From: Pseudoduganella sp.
GTDB taxonomy: Bacteria > Pseudomonadota > Gammaproteobacteria > Burkholderiales > Burkholderiaceae_D
Assembly: GCA_036386715.1 (NCBI GenBank)
Contig: DASVVD010000364.1
Coordinates: forward strand, 1 to 34,104
DNA length: 34,104 bases
Reading direction: 5' to 3'
Shown here: positions 21,224 through 29,629 of the stretch, piece after piece
How positions within the stretch are numbered: position 1 is the first letter of the stretch
Layout of the letters: every line of letters begins with the position of its first letter
Position numbers and translations under genes: made by a program
Notes under the pieces: generated by a model
Told to the model about the DNA's origin: nothing
What the model saw: the letters and a program-made list of their open reading frames with translations, nothing else
The model's database searches: none

Positions 21224-22639
21224 ATGCTGCGCAAGCGCCGCTCACGGATACTGGCCACCCTTGGCCCATCCAGTTCCACGTACCAATCGATCCACGCCCT
21301 GGTGAAAGCCGGCGCCGATGTCTTCCGTCTCAACTTCAGCCACGGCAGCCATGCCGACCACGCGGAGCGCTATCGCACGATCCGCGAAGTGGAAAAGGAA
21401 ATCCGCCGCCCGATCGGCATCCTGATGGACCTGCAGGGCCCCAAGCTGCGCATCGGCCGGCTTGCCGGCGGCAAGGTGCAGCTGGTGGAAGGCAGGAAAT
21501 TCCGCCTCGACCTGGACCCGGCGGAGGGCGACGCAGTGCGCGCCTGCCTGCCGCACCCGGAAATCTTCGCCGCGCTGGAGCCGGGCACCGACCTGCTACT
21601 CGACGACGGCAAGCTGCGCCTGCGCGTGGATGCGTGCAGCCTGCAGCACGCCGAGACCACCGTGCTGACCGGCGGCGTGCTGTCGGACCGCAAGGGCGTC
21701 AACGTGCCCGGCGTGGTGCTGCCGATCTCGCCGCTGACCGAAAAGGACCGCGCCGACCTGGCCTTCGGGCTGGAGCTCGGTGTCGACTGGGTCGCGCTGT
21801 CGTTCGTGCAGCGCCCGGAAGACATCACCGAGGCGCGCGCCCTGATCGGCGACAAGGCATGGATCATGGCCAAGCTGGAGAAACCGGCTGCGATCGATGC
21901 GCTGGAAGGCATCGTCGCGCTGGCCGACGGCATCATGGTGGCGCGGGGCGACCTCGGCGTGGAACTGCCGGCGCACCAGGTGCCGGTGCTGCAACGGCGC
22001 ATCGTGCATGCCTCGCGCGCCGCCGGCAAGCCGGTCGTCGTCGCCACGCAGATGCTGGAATCGATGATCGCTTCACCGGTGCCGACGCGCGCCGAGGTAT
22101 CCGACGTGGCAACCGCGATCTACCAGGGCGCCGACGCGGTGATGCTGTCGGCCGAATCGGCCTCCGGCCAGTTCCCGGTCGAATCGGTGACCGTGATGGC
22201 CAACGTGATCACTGAAGTCGAGCAGGACCCGCTGTGGCGCGACGGCCTCGATGCCAGCCACTCGCCAGCCACCGCGACGACAGCCGATGCGATCTGCTGC
22301 GCGCTGCGCCGCGTCGACCGGCTGCTCAAGCCCGCCGCCACGGTGACCTACACGCTCTCCGGCGCGAGCTGCCTGCGCGCGAGCCGCGAACGGCCAAGCT
22401 CGCCGATCCTGGCGCTGACGCCGCAACCGGCCATCGCGCGCCGGCTGGCGCTGGCATGGGGCGTGCACCCGATGCCGTTCGACGAGGCAACCACGCTGAA
22501 CGGCATGATCGCCGACGCCTCCGCCGCTGCCTTGCAGAGCGGGCTGGCTGCGCTGGGCGACGACGTGGTGGTCATCGCGGGCTACCCGTCCGGTTCGGCC
22601 GGCAAGACCAACCTGCTGCACGTGGTGCGGGTGGAGTAG
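21224..22639 (+). CDS. pyk: Pyruvate kinase (TtuE-like)
   Basis: ILATLGPSS, FRLNFSHG, DLQGPKLR, IMVARGDLGVE, ATQMLESM, DAVMLSAESA; GGAG RBS before ATG 21224. Confidence 0.95.
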   Translation: MLRKRRSRILATLGPSSSTYQSIHALVKAGADVFRLNFSHGSHADHAERYRTIREVEKEIRRPIGILMDLQGPKLRIGRLAGGKVQLVEGRKFRLDLDPAEGDAVRACLPHPEIFAALEPGTDLLLDDGKLRLRVDACSLQHAETTVLTGGVLSDRKGVNVPGVVLPISPLTEKDRADLAFGLELGVDWVALSFVQRPEDITEARALIGDKAWIMAKLEKPAAIDALEGIVALADGIMVARGDLGVELPAHQVPVLQRRIVHASRAAGKPVVVATQMLESMIASPVPTRAEVSDVATAIYQGADAVMLSAESASGQFPVESVTVMANVITEVEQDPLWRDGLDASHSPATATTADAICCALRRVDRLLKPAATVTYTLSGASCLRASRERPSSPILALTPQPAIARRLALAWGVHPMPFDEATTLNGMIADASAAALQSGLAALGDDVVVIAGYPSGSAGKTNLLHVVRVE

Positions 22640-22668
22640 GGCGCTTTTTGATGTTGCTGTAAATGGGG

Positions 22669-22702
22669 AAATGGACAGGCGTGGGGCCTGTCCATTTTTT
22701 TT
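22669..22702 (+). terminator. Rho-independent terminator after pyk
   Basis: AAATGGACAGGC-GTGGG-GCCTGTCCATTT followed by further T residues. Confidence 0.85.
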
Positions 22703-22815
22703 GTGCATGCTGCGTTGGCACGGTGTTGCAGGTCGCACCTGCCAGCTTCGCCACAAGGATCGAAGTGCCAGCCGATCGAGTAACGATCTGTAATGGGGCA
22801 GGCTGCCACCTCCCG

Positions 22816-23361
22816 TCACATGCTGACCGACCCCCGGAATCCCCGCACGGCATAGTACGACTCGGCGCCGTTGTGGTACACGAATACCTGGCCATAGCGC
22901 CTGTCGCAGAACAGCGCGCCGCCCTGTTCCCTGATGCCGGCCGGCGTCGGCACCCAGCTCGATGTCTTCAGGTCGAACTCGCCGAACTGCTGGAGCTCGC
23001 GGTACCGGGTTTCGGTCAGGAGCGCGATGCCCATCGCCGCAGCCATGTCGGTGGCGCTGCCCTGCGGCTTGTTCGCTTTGCGGGATTCCAGCGCTTCGGC
23101 GTCGTAGCACAGGCTCCTGCGCCCCTGCGGACTTTCAGCGGCGCAATCGCAGAACAGGAAGGCGCCGTGTTCATCCACACTGCCGATGACATCGGGTTCG
23201 CCGCCGGTCTTTTCCATGGCATCGAGCGATTTCAGCCGGTCCGGATCGCCCTGCAATCGCTCGTGCACGTCGGCCCAGTCAACCCCCGGGTGCCTGTGCA
23301 AGTTTTGGCTGAATCGTTTTTCAAGGAGAGAGACGAGAAGTTCACGTTGCGTTGCTTCCAT
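22816..23361 (-). CDS. DUF4256 domain protein
   Basis: MEKTGGEPDV, DCAAESPQGRRSLCYD, FDLKTSSW, GGALFCDRRY, YHNGAESYYAVRGFRG. Confidence 0.85.
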   Translation of the reverse strand: MEATQRELLVSLLEKRFSQNLHRHPGVDWADVHERLQGDPDRLKSLDAMEKTGGEPDVIGSVDEHGAFLFCDCAAESPQGRRSLCYDAEALESRKANKPQGSATDMAAAMGIALLTETRYRELQQFGEFDLKTSSWVPTPAGIREQGGALFCDRRYGQVFVYHNGAESYYAVRGFRGSVSM

Positions 23362-23430
23362 GCGTTTGCTCCTGCCAGGTCGTGCTGGAACTTGTCTGAA
23401 ATACGGAAAGCCCGGGTAGACGTGATTCGG

Positions 23431-24039
23431 TCAGTTGTGGATATACTTCGCAAACACATCGCTGAAATCGCGCCTGGTATGCGTATCGAGCATGGCCGTA
23501 TTCAAGGCCGCCAGCAGTTCGCCATACTGGCTGGTCAGGCTTCCGGCACCCGGGGCGATATTCAGTTTGTGCACCGAGGCCGTGGCATCGAGCGCGCGCA
23601 GCGCATTGTCGCGGCATACCGCGTCGCGGTGCTGCTGCCTGCCGATGGTGATCAGGGCTTTATAGATATCCTTGAGCTGTTCGATGAACGTCTTCTTCAC
23701 GTCGATCGAGAAGCGCGTGTCGTCCAGGTTGAACTTGAGTTCGATGTCCATGTCCAGCGTGCCGGCGGTCTCGATGCTGACGGCGGAGATGCGGTGGGAT
23801 GAGTAATCGTAGCGCTTGATGGCGCGCTTGGACGACATGGCCGAGTCACCATCCACATGGATCAGCGCCAGGTTGGTGAAGCAGTATTCGTCCTTCTTGC
23901 TCTTGATGAGGAAGAAAATCTGTTCGCCGTCTTCGTTGAACAGGTAATCGTCGGCATCGACCTTGCCATATTCCGAAGGCCCGACAATGATGCCGATATC
24001 GCTGATGCCCATTGCTTCCGCGGCGAATTTCTTGAACAT
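23431..24039 (-). CDS. Bacterial PH-domain protein (YvbH-like)
   Basis: MGISDIG, KSKKDEYCFTNLALIHVDG, IETAGTLDMDIELKF; AGGAG RBS. Confidence 0.8.
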   Translation of the reverse strand: MFKKFAAEAMGISDIGIIVGPSEYGKVDADDYLFNEDGEQIFFLIKSKKDEYCFTNLALIHVDGDSAMSSKRAIKRYDYSSHRISAVSIETAGTLDMDIELKFNLDDTRFSIDVKKTFIEQLKDIYKALITIGRQQHRDAVCRDNALRALDATASVHKLNIAPGAGSLTSQYGELLAALNTAMLDTHTRRDFSDVFAKYIHN

Positions 24040-24161
24040 GGCTGTCTCCTTGTGATGAAAGCAGCAACATTACCACCATATCGCCGGCTGCCGCCATCAT
24101 CATCCGGTTTGTTCGCCCGGCTGCCGCCCTATAATGCAGGGCGCTTCCAGCCAGTGACTCC

Positions 24162-24701
24162 ATGTCGAAAAATCCTCCTTCCGCTACCGTCCCCCTGAAA
24201 CTACGCCCGCTGCAGGCGAACGACCTGCCGGCGCTGCTGGAAATACAGCTGGCCTGCTACGGACCGGATTTCATCGAACACGAGGCGGTGTATGCACGCC
24301 GCCTGGCCAGCGCCGCGAATTGCTCGCTCGTGGCCGAGCGCGATGGCCGCGTGTGCGGCTACCTGGCGGCCTACCAATCCGCGCAGGGAAAAGTCACCCC
24401 GCTGCACGGCGATTTCGAGAACCCGCAGGGACCGCCCGACACGCTGTACCTGCATGACATGGCCGTATCGCCGGTGCATGCGGGCCAGGGCATGGCGCGG
24501 GCGCTGCTCGAAGCACTTTGGGCACGAGGCAGGGCGGCGGGAGTGCTGCGCACCGCCCTGGTTTCGGTGCAGGATTCGCAGGGTTACTGGTCGCGCCATG
24601 GCTATCTCCCGCAACTTCTGGACGACGCGCAGGAACGCGCCCGCCTGGCGAGTTATGGCGACGGCGCCATCTACATGGTGCGGCCGCTCGATCCTGCCTA
24701 G
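24162..24701 (+). CDS. GNAT family N-acetyltransferase
   Basis: LYLHDMAVSPVHAGQGMARAL acetyl-CoA motif A; LVSVQDSQGYWSRHGY. Confidence 0.85.
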   Translation: MSKNPPSATVPLKLRPLQANDLPALLEIQLACYGPDFIEHEAVYARRLASAANCSLVAERDGRVCGYLAAYQSAQGKVTPLHGDFENPQGPPDTLYLHDMAVSPVHAGQGMARALLEALWARGRAAGVLRTALVSVQDSQGYWSRHGYLPQLLDDAQERARLASYGDGAIYMVRPLDPA

Positions 24702-26071
24702 CTGTTCGGCAGTTTCAACATGGCGGAAATGCCACGCCAGACTGCCCCCACGGCCTGGCCCGGCGGCAGGGCGGGGTGCAATTGGGCCAGCGCCGCCTGC
24801 AGCGCGCGATCGCCGGCCGAGCCGAAGGCCTTGCTGTCTTCGGCGACGGGCCGCAGCGCAGTATCCTGCCTGACTTCTACGGTGCTGGCGGGCAGGTGGT
24901 TTGCCATGTCGGCTTCGCGGTACAGCGGGGTATCGTCGCCGCCTTTCGCGACCGGCGGCGCCACCGGCACGTCCGGCTCGATGCCCTGCGCCTGCACCTC
25001 GCGGCCGTTGGGCGTGTAGTAGCGCGCGATGGTCAGCTTGATGGCCGACTCGTCCGACAGCGGAAACACGGTCTGGATCGAGCCCTTGCCATAGGTGCGC
25101 GCGCCGACGATCTTGCCGCGCCCATGGTCCTGGAGGGCGCCGGCCACCAGTTCCGCCGCCGATGCCGACGAGCCGTTCACGAGCACCGCCAGCGGGATGG
25201 TCTGCGCGAATGCCGGCAACTGGTCGTAGGCGTCCGCGGCACCCGGCTTGCCGAAGTAATTGGCCGACACGGCGACTTTGCTGTTAATTTCCGGCATCTT
25301 GCCGGCCGACGAGAAGACCACCGCGCCTTGCGGCAGGAAGGCGCCGGCGACCGCCACCGCCGCCGGCAGCAGGCCGCCCGGGTTGTTGCGCAGGTCCAGC
25401 ACGATGCCGTCGACACGGCGGGGGCCGTCCAATTGCCGTAGTGCCGCGATCAGCTCGGCCGCGGTGGCGCCGCCGAATTCCGAGATGCGGATGCGGGCGA
25501 TATTGCCGGCCAGGCGCTGCACGCTGACGGTGTGTTCCTGCAGGGCGGCGCGGACAACGCTGATGGTGCGCAGCGGCGTGCTGCCATGTTTGGCCAGCGT
25601 CAGCTCGACCGTCGATCCCGGTTCGCCGTGCATGCGGCTGGCGATCTGGTTGTCGCGCAGCCCGAACAGCGGCGCGCCCTCGATGGCGACGATGGAATCG
25701 CCGGCACGGATGCCCGCCTTGTCCGCCGGCCCGTTTTCCACCACGTCGCGGATCAGGATCTGGCCGTTCTGCATGTCCACTTCGACGCCGATGCCCACGT
25801 ATTCGCCCGAATGGATGCGCTCCAGGTCTTCCAGGTCGCTCTTGTCCAGGTAGCGCGAGTGCGGGTCCAGCGACGACAGCATGCCGCGGATCGCTTCCTT
25901 GAACAGGTTCCTGCTGTCGGCCGTGCCGACGTAATCCTTCAGCACGAGCTGGTAGCTGTCGAGCATCTGCTCGAACTCTTCCTTCGGCAAGGTCAGCGGT
26001 TCTTCCGCATGGCACGGCAGGCTCGCCGCGCAAACTCCCATCATGACACCCAATATCCAGCGCTTCATCAT
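24698..26071 (-). CDS. S41 family C-terminal processing protease (CtpA-like, PDZ domain)
   Basis: Signal peptide; LDPHSRYL, GIGVEV PDZ, LDLRNNPGG, catalytic SASAAE and GKGSIQT, LTIARYYTPNG; AGGAG RBS before ATG 26071. Confidence 0.92.
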   Translation of the reverse strand: MMKRWILGVMMGVCAASLPCHAEEPLTLPKEEFEQMLDSYQLVLKDYVGTADSRNLFKEAIRGMLSSLDPHSRYLDKSDLEDLERIHSGEYVGIGVEVDMQNGQILIRDVVENGPADKAGIRAGDSIVAIEGAPLFGLRDNQIASRMHGEPGSTVELTLAKHGSTPLRTISVVRAALQEHTVSVQRLAGNIARIRISEFGGATAAELIAALRQLDGPRRVDGIVLDLRNNPGGLLPAAVAVAGAFLPQGAVVFSSAGKMPEINSKVAVSANYFGKPGAADAYDQLPAFAQTIPLAVLVNGSSASAAELVAGALQDHGRGKIVGARTYGKGSIQTVFPLSDESAIKLTIARYYTPNGREVQAQGIEPDVPVAPPVAKGGDDTPLYREADMANHLPASTVEVRQDTALRPVAEDSKAFGSAGDRALQAALAQLHPALPPGQAVGAVWRGISAMLKLPNS

Positions 26072-26155
26072 CGTTGCTCCTGTATGAAGCATCGATTCTG
26101 CCGCCGGGAGGTGCCAGATGCCGTCAAGGGAGGTAAGTTCTCGTAAAGAGGACTT

Positions 26156-26196
26156 TGCCCGGCATGTGCCGCCCTCCGGAGGGCAGATGCCGGGCA
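26156..26196. terminator. GC-rich stem-loop downstream of the fusion gene
   Basis: TGCCCGGCAT (26156-26165)/ATGCCGGGCA (26187-26196) enclosing the perfect palindrome GCCCTCCGGAGGGC. Confidence 0.4.
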
Positions 26197-26209
26197 GGAC
26201 ACGGTGCGG

Positions 26210-28753
26210 CTATTTGCCCTCGACCGTCATCAGGAAACCGCTTTTCGGCACCGCCGGCAAGCGGGTCAGGTCGAGGGCCAGGTCTTGCGGCGGCACGCTG
26301 TAGGCCATGCCGCCGGCCAGCCAGCGCGCGGCGCGCTTCATCAGCTCGACCGTGATCCATTCGCCCGGGCAGCGGTGGCCCGTCACCGCGTTGCCGCCAC
26401 CTTGCGGCACGAAGGTGTAGGGATTCTCCTGCCAGGTGGCGAAGCGCTCCGGCTGGAAGCGCGCCGGCGACTGCCAGCCTCGCGGATCATGGTTGATGCC
26501 GTGCAGGTCGAGCATCACCCGGCGCCCCGCCGTAAAGCGGTAACCCTGCCATTCGAAGTCGTGGCGCACCCTTGCCACGGCGGCCGGGAAGAACGGATAG
26601 TAGCGCCGCACTTCCTGGGCGAACCAGTCGGCATAGCTGCCGTCTTCATCGTTGCGCAATGGCGCGCGGCACTCGGGGAACTCGTGCAGCGCCAGCGCCT
26701 CGTGGACGATGTACACGGCGACGGCCACCGTGGGCCGCAGCACGTTCAGCAGCTCCACGGCGGCGGTGCGCCGGTCCAGCGGGCGGCCGTCGAAGTCGGT
26801 ATGGTGGGCCACCGCGTACGCGGCGGTATCGACCGGCACGTTCAGTTGCCCCGCGCGTATACGCTCGATGACATCGCCGCACCAGCGCTGCGCCTTCAGG
26901 CGCGACAGGCGGCTGGCCCAGTGCCATGGCCCGGCCGCGCCGGCCAGGTCGAACAGGGCGGAAAGCTGCGCGGTGCGGCGATGTACGTCCTGTTCCGGCA
27001 GCGGCACGCCGGCCCATTCGCACACGGCACGCGTGAGCACCTCGCGCACCTCGCGGTACAGCTGCACCTTCGGCGCGGTTGCCCATTTGCGCGTCGACAC
27101 CTGCCACCATGCGTCGAACAGGTCGCCCAGGTCGCGGATGCGGGCCGGCGACATCAGCTTCATGAACAGGCTCTTGCGGTTGCCGTGCGCAGCATCGTCC
27201 AGCGTCTGCACGCCGCCGCGGCCGAACAGCGTGGCCTGCACCCGCAACGGGGCCGCGCCCTTGCGGATGAAGCGGGTGTGGTCGTAGAACAGTTCCGCGG
27301 CCGCCGGCCCGGTCATGCAGATCGTTTTGCGCAGCAGCAGCCGGGTTTCGAACACATCGCTGCCGAGCCGTTCGCACTGCTTGCGCAGGTAGCCGTACGG
27401 ATCCAGCTTCAGCGCCAGCGTGGCGTCCAGCCGGCCGTCGCGCGGCATCGGCCGGCCGGCATGGCCGGCTGCGGGCAGGGCATCGGTGGCCGTCAAGCTA
27501 TCCGCCGCGGCCACCAGCACCTGCACCTTCTGTACGGTGTTCACGCCATAGCCTTCCAGGTTCCACATCGCCGCGTCGCTGTCCGGCTGTACATTGCCGA
27601 GCGCATCGGTGGCGCGGCACCACAGCGCATGGTGGCCAGGCACGGCATCCCACTCGCAGGACCAGCCGGCCCAGGCAAACCGGGCGGGCGGCGGTTGCAG
27701 GCGCGCCACGCGCCATGTGTGTCCGCCGTCGGCCGAGAACTCCACCCGAGTCACCGGTGCCCAACCCGACCACGCGCGCCCCTGCACGACGATCTTGCCT
27801 GGTTGCAGGAAACGCTGGCGGTCGGTGGCGTCCGGCACGCCGGGTGGGATCATCACGGCATGGGGATTCTGGCGCGTGACCGGCAGGCCGGGATCGTCGG
27901 GATCCTGCTTGTAGCGATACAGCACCGCCTGCTGCACGCCGCGGAACGGCCGGGTCGACGCCGTGATCGTGCCCAGCCACTTGACCGAGGCCACCCCGTA
28001 CCAGCCCGGCACGATCAGCCGCAGCGGATAGCCGTGCTGCGGGGGCAGCGGCTGCCCGTTCATCTCGTAGGCCAGCAGCACGTCGTCGCGCAGCGCTTCC
28101 GCCAGCGGCAGGCTGCGTTCGAAAGGATGCTCGATGCCTTCCGCATAGCCATGGTCATGGCCGCTGAAAACGATCTCGACGACATCGCCGGCCAGGCCGG
28201 CCTGCTCGAGGATCGGGCGCAGCGGCGTGCCGGTCCATTCGGCGCAGCCCATCGCCTCGTCCTGCCACGGCCACAGTGCCGGGCGGGGGTGCAGCTTGGC
28301 CCGGCCCGTGCCCGAACACTCCAGCACCACGGGCGCGGTGACGCGTGGCCGGGCGCGCAGGTCGGCGAGGGTCAGTTCGAGCGGCTGGCGCACGGCCCCG
28401 CCGATATGCAAGACGAAGCGCGCGGCATCGAGTGGCGGAATGTCGAAGTGGTGCAGCACGTAGTGCATGCCGGCCGGCGTGACCGGGTAACGCAGGCCCT
28501 CCAGCGGCAGGCCGTGATTGCGGCGTGCCAGCGCCAGTTCATGGCCCTCGACGGCGCCATCCGCCAGCTTGGGGTGCGCGTTGCCGGCCAGCCGTGCCAG
28601 GCCGGCCAGCTCGCCCGGCTGGGCGCCGGCAAATGCCGACCTCGGCGCCGGCGGCGCGAAGTGCGGATAACTCTGCCGGGTCAGGTCCAGCAAACGGGAC
28701 CAGGCCTGGCTGGGAATGGCGGAATGTGCACGTTGCTTCATCGGCGCGACCAT
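26210..28753 (-). CDS. Fusion of sulfite oxidase-family molybdopterin oxidoreductase (N-terminal) and CYP152-family cytochrome P450 fatty-acid peroxygenase (C-terminal)
   Basis: N half: RNHGLPLEGL, LECSGTGR (Mo-ligand Cys), AYEMNGQPLPPQHGYPLRLIVPGWYGVASVKWL, dimerisation domain GRAWSG...VEFSADGG...RATDALGNVQP. C half from Met436: LFGRGGVQTLD, ELLNVLRPTVAV, FAQEVRRYYPFFP, PQGGG..GHRCPGEWIT (heme Cys). Start could be 28741. Confidence 0.9.
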   Translation of the reverse strand: MVAPMKQRAHSAIPSQAWSRLLDLTRQSYPHFAPPAPRSAFAGAQPGELAGLARLAGNAHPKLADGAVEGHELALARRNHGLPLEGLRYPVTPAGMHYVLHHFDIPPLDAARFVLHIGGAVRQPLELTLADLRARPRVTAPVVLECSGTGRAKLHPRPALWPWQDEAMGCAEWTGTPLRPILEQAGLAGDVVEIVFSGHDHGYAEGIEHPFERSLPLAEALRDDVLLAYEMNGQPLPPQHGYPLRLIVPGWYGVASVKWLGTITASTRPFRGVQQAVLYRYKQDPDDPGLPVTRQNPHAVMIPPGVPDATDRQRFLQPGKIVVQGRAWSGWAPVTRVEFSADGGHTWRVARLQPPPARFAWAGWSCEWDAVPGHHALWCRATDALGNVQPDSDAAMWNLEGYGVNTVQKVQVLVAAADSLTATDALPAAGHAGRPMPRDGRLDATLALKLDPYGYLRKQCERLGSDVFETRLLLRKTICMTGPAAAELFYDHTRFIRKGAAPLRVQATLFGRGGVQTLDDAAHGNRKSLFMKLMSPARIRDLGDLFDAWWQVSTRKWATAPKVQLYREVREVLTRAVCEWAGVPLPEQDVHRRTAQLSALFDLAGAAGPWHWASRLSRLKAQRWCGDVIERIRAGQLNVPVDTAAYAVAHHTDFDGRPLDRRTAAVELLNVLRPTVAVAVYIVHEALALHEFPECRAPLRNDEDGSYADWFAQEVRRYYPFFPAAVARVRHDFEWQGYRFTAGRRVMLDLHGINHDPRGWQSPARFQPERFATWQENPYTFVPQGGGNAVTGHRCPGEWITVELMKRAARWLAGGMAYSVPPQDLALDLTRLPAVPKSGFLMTVEGK

Positions 28754-28877
28754 ATGGTTGCCGGGCCGGCGCCGGCGGGAACTGAAGCTTAGCAGCGGGC
28801 GCGCTGCGAAGGGCGCACGGGTCTTCCAGGAAATATGCGCCCAGGATCGCGCGCCGTCGGGATGCCCGTGCCGGGTT

Positions 28878-29510
28878 CTACGCGCCGTGCTCGAGCGCCT
28901 CCATCAAGCCGGCCATCGCCGGGCAGGCGCCTTCCGCCCGAAGCCCCGCAATGACGCCTTGCCGGTCGGCGGGCGCCCGGTTCTGGCTGGCCTTCCACTT
29001 CCCGTCGATGGCGCGCACGGGGATCTCGATGCCGGCCAGCCCTTTGGTCAGTGCCGCGATAAAGTCATCCGGCGCATCCGCGATCCGCCACGGGTGCTCG
29101 CGGCCATCCTCATGGTCGCTTGTCAGTTGCTGGAGTTGCGCCAGAATCCAGGCCGCATCGTCGATGACGCGTGGTGCGCCGCGTGCCTGCACCATCGCAT
29201 AATTCCAGGTGGGCACCACCTTTCCATGTTCGGCTTTCGACGCATACCACGAGGGCGACACATAACTGTCCGGCCCCTGGAACACCACCAGCGCCTCGGC
29301 CCCTTCGCGCAGCGCATCGAGCTGCCTGTTGTTCCGTCCCAGGTGGGCGCGCAGGATCCCATGGTCGCCGCCTTCGTGCAGCGAGAACGGAACGAGGTTC
29401 GCTTCCAGTTCGCCACTGCCGAAGGTCACCAGGGTCGCCAGCGGATGGGCGCGCATCAGGCCATGGAGAACGTCGAGCCGGTCTTCCCTGAACGGTTGTG
29501 GGCAATGCAT
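28878..29510 (-). CDS. PaiB-family (FMN-binding split-barrel) protein
   Basis: HPLATLVT, LRAHLGRNN, FQGPDSYVSPSWY, VPTWNYAMV, GKWKASQNR. Confidence 0.9.
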   Translation of the reverse strand: MHCPQPFREDRLDVLHGLMRAHPLATLVTFGSGELEANLVPFSLHEGGDHGILRAHLGRNNRQLDALREGAEALVVFQGPDSYVSPSWYASKAEHGKVVPTWNYAMVQARGAPRVIDDAAWILAQLQQLTSDHEDGREHPWRIADAPDDFIAALTKGLAGIEIPVRAIDGKWKASQNRAPADRQGVIAGLRAEGACPAMAGLMEALEHGA

Positions 29511-29557
29511 CGCGAGTCCTTTCGGTTTATCAGTTGAGACATGTATTCTTGCGCAGA

Positions 29558-29605
29558 ACTGGACTATTATTCAGTGCCGGATAAGAAGAAAATGACTGGG
29601 CCAGT
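29558..29605. promoter_or_regulatory. Candidate MocR-family operator
   Basis: ACTGG (29558-29562), ACTGG (29595-29599) and inverted CCAGT (29601-29605) around an AT-rich tract between divergent paiB-like and MocR genes. Confidence 0.35.
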
Positions 29606-29629
29606 TTTGTCGTACAGGAAAGGGAGGCC

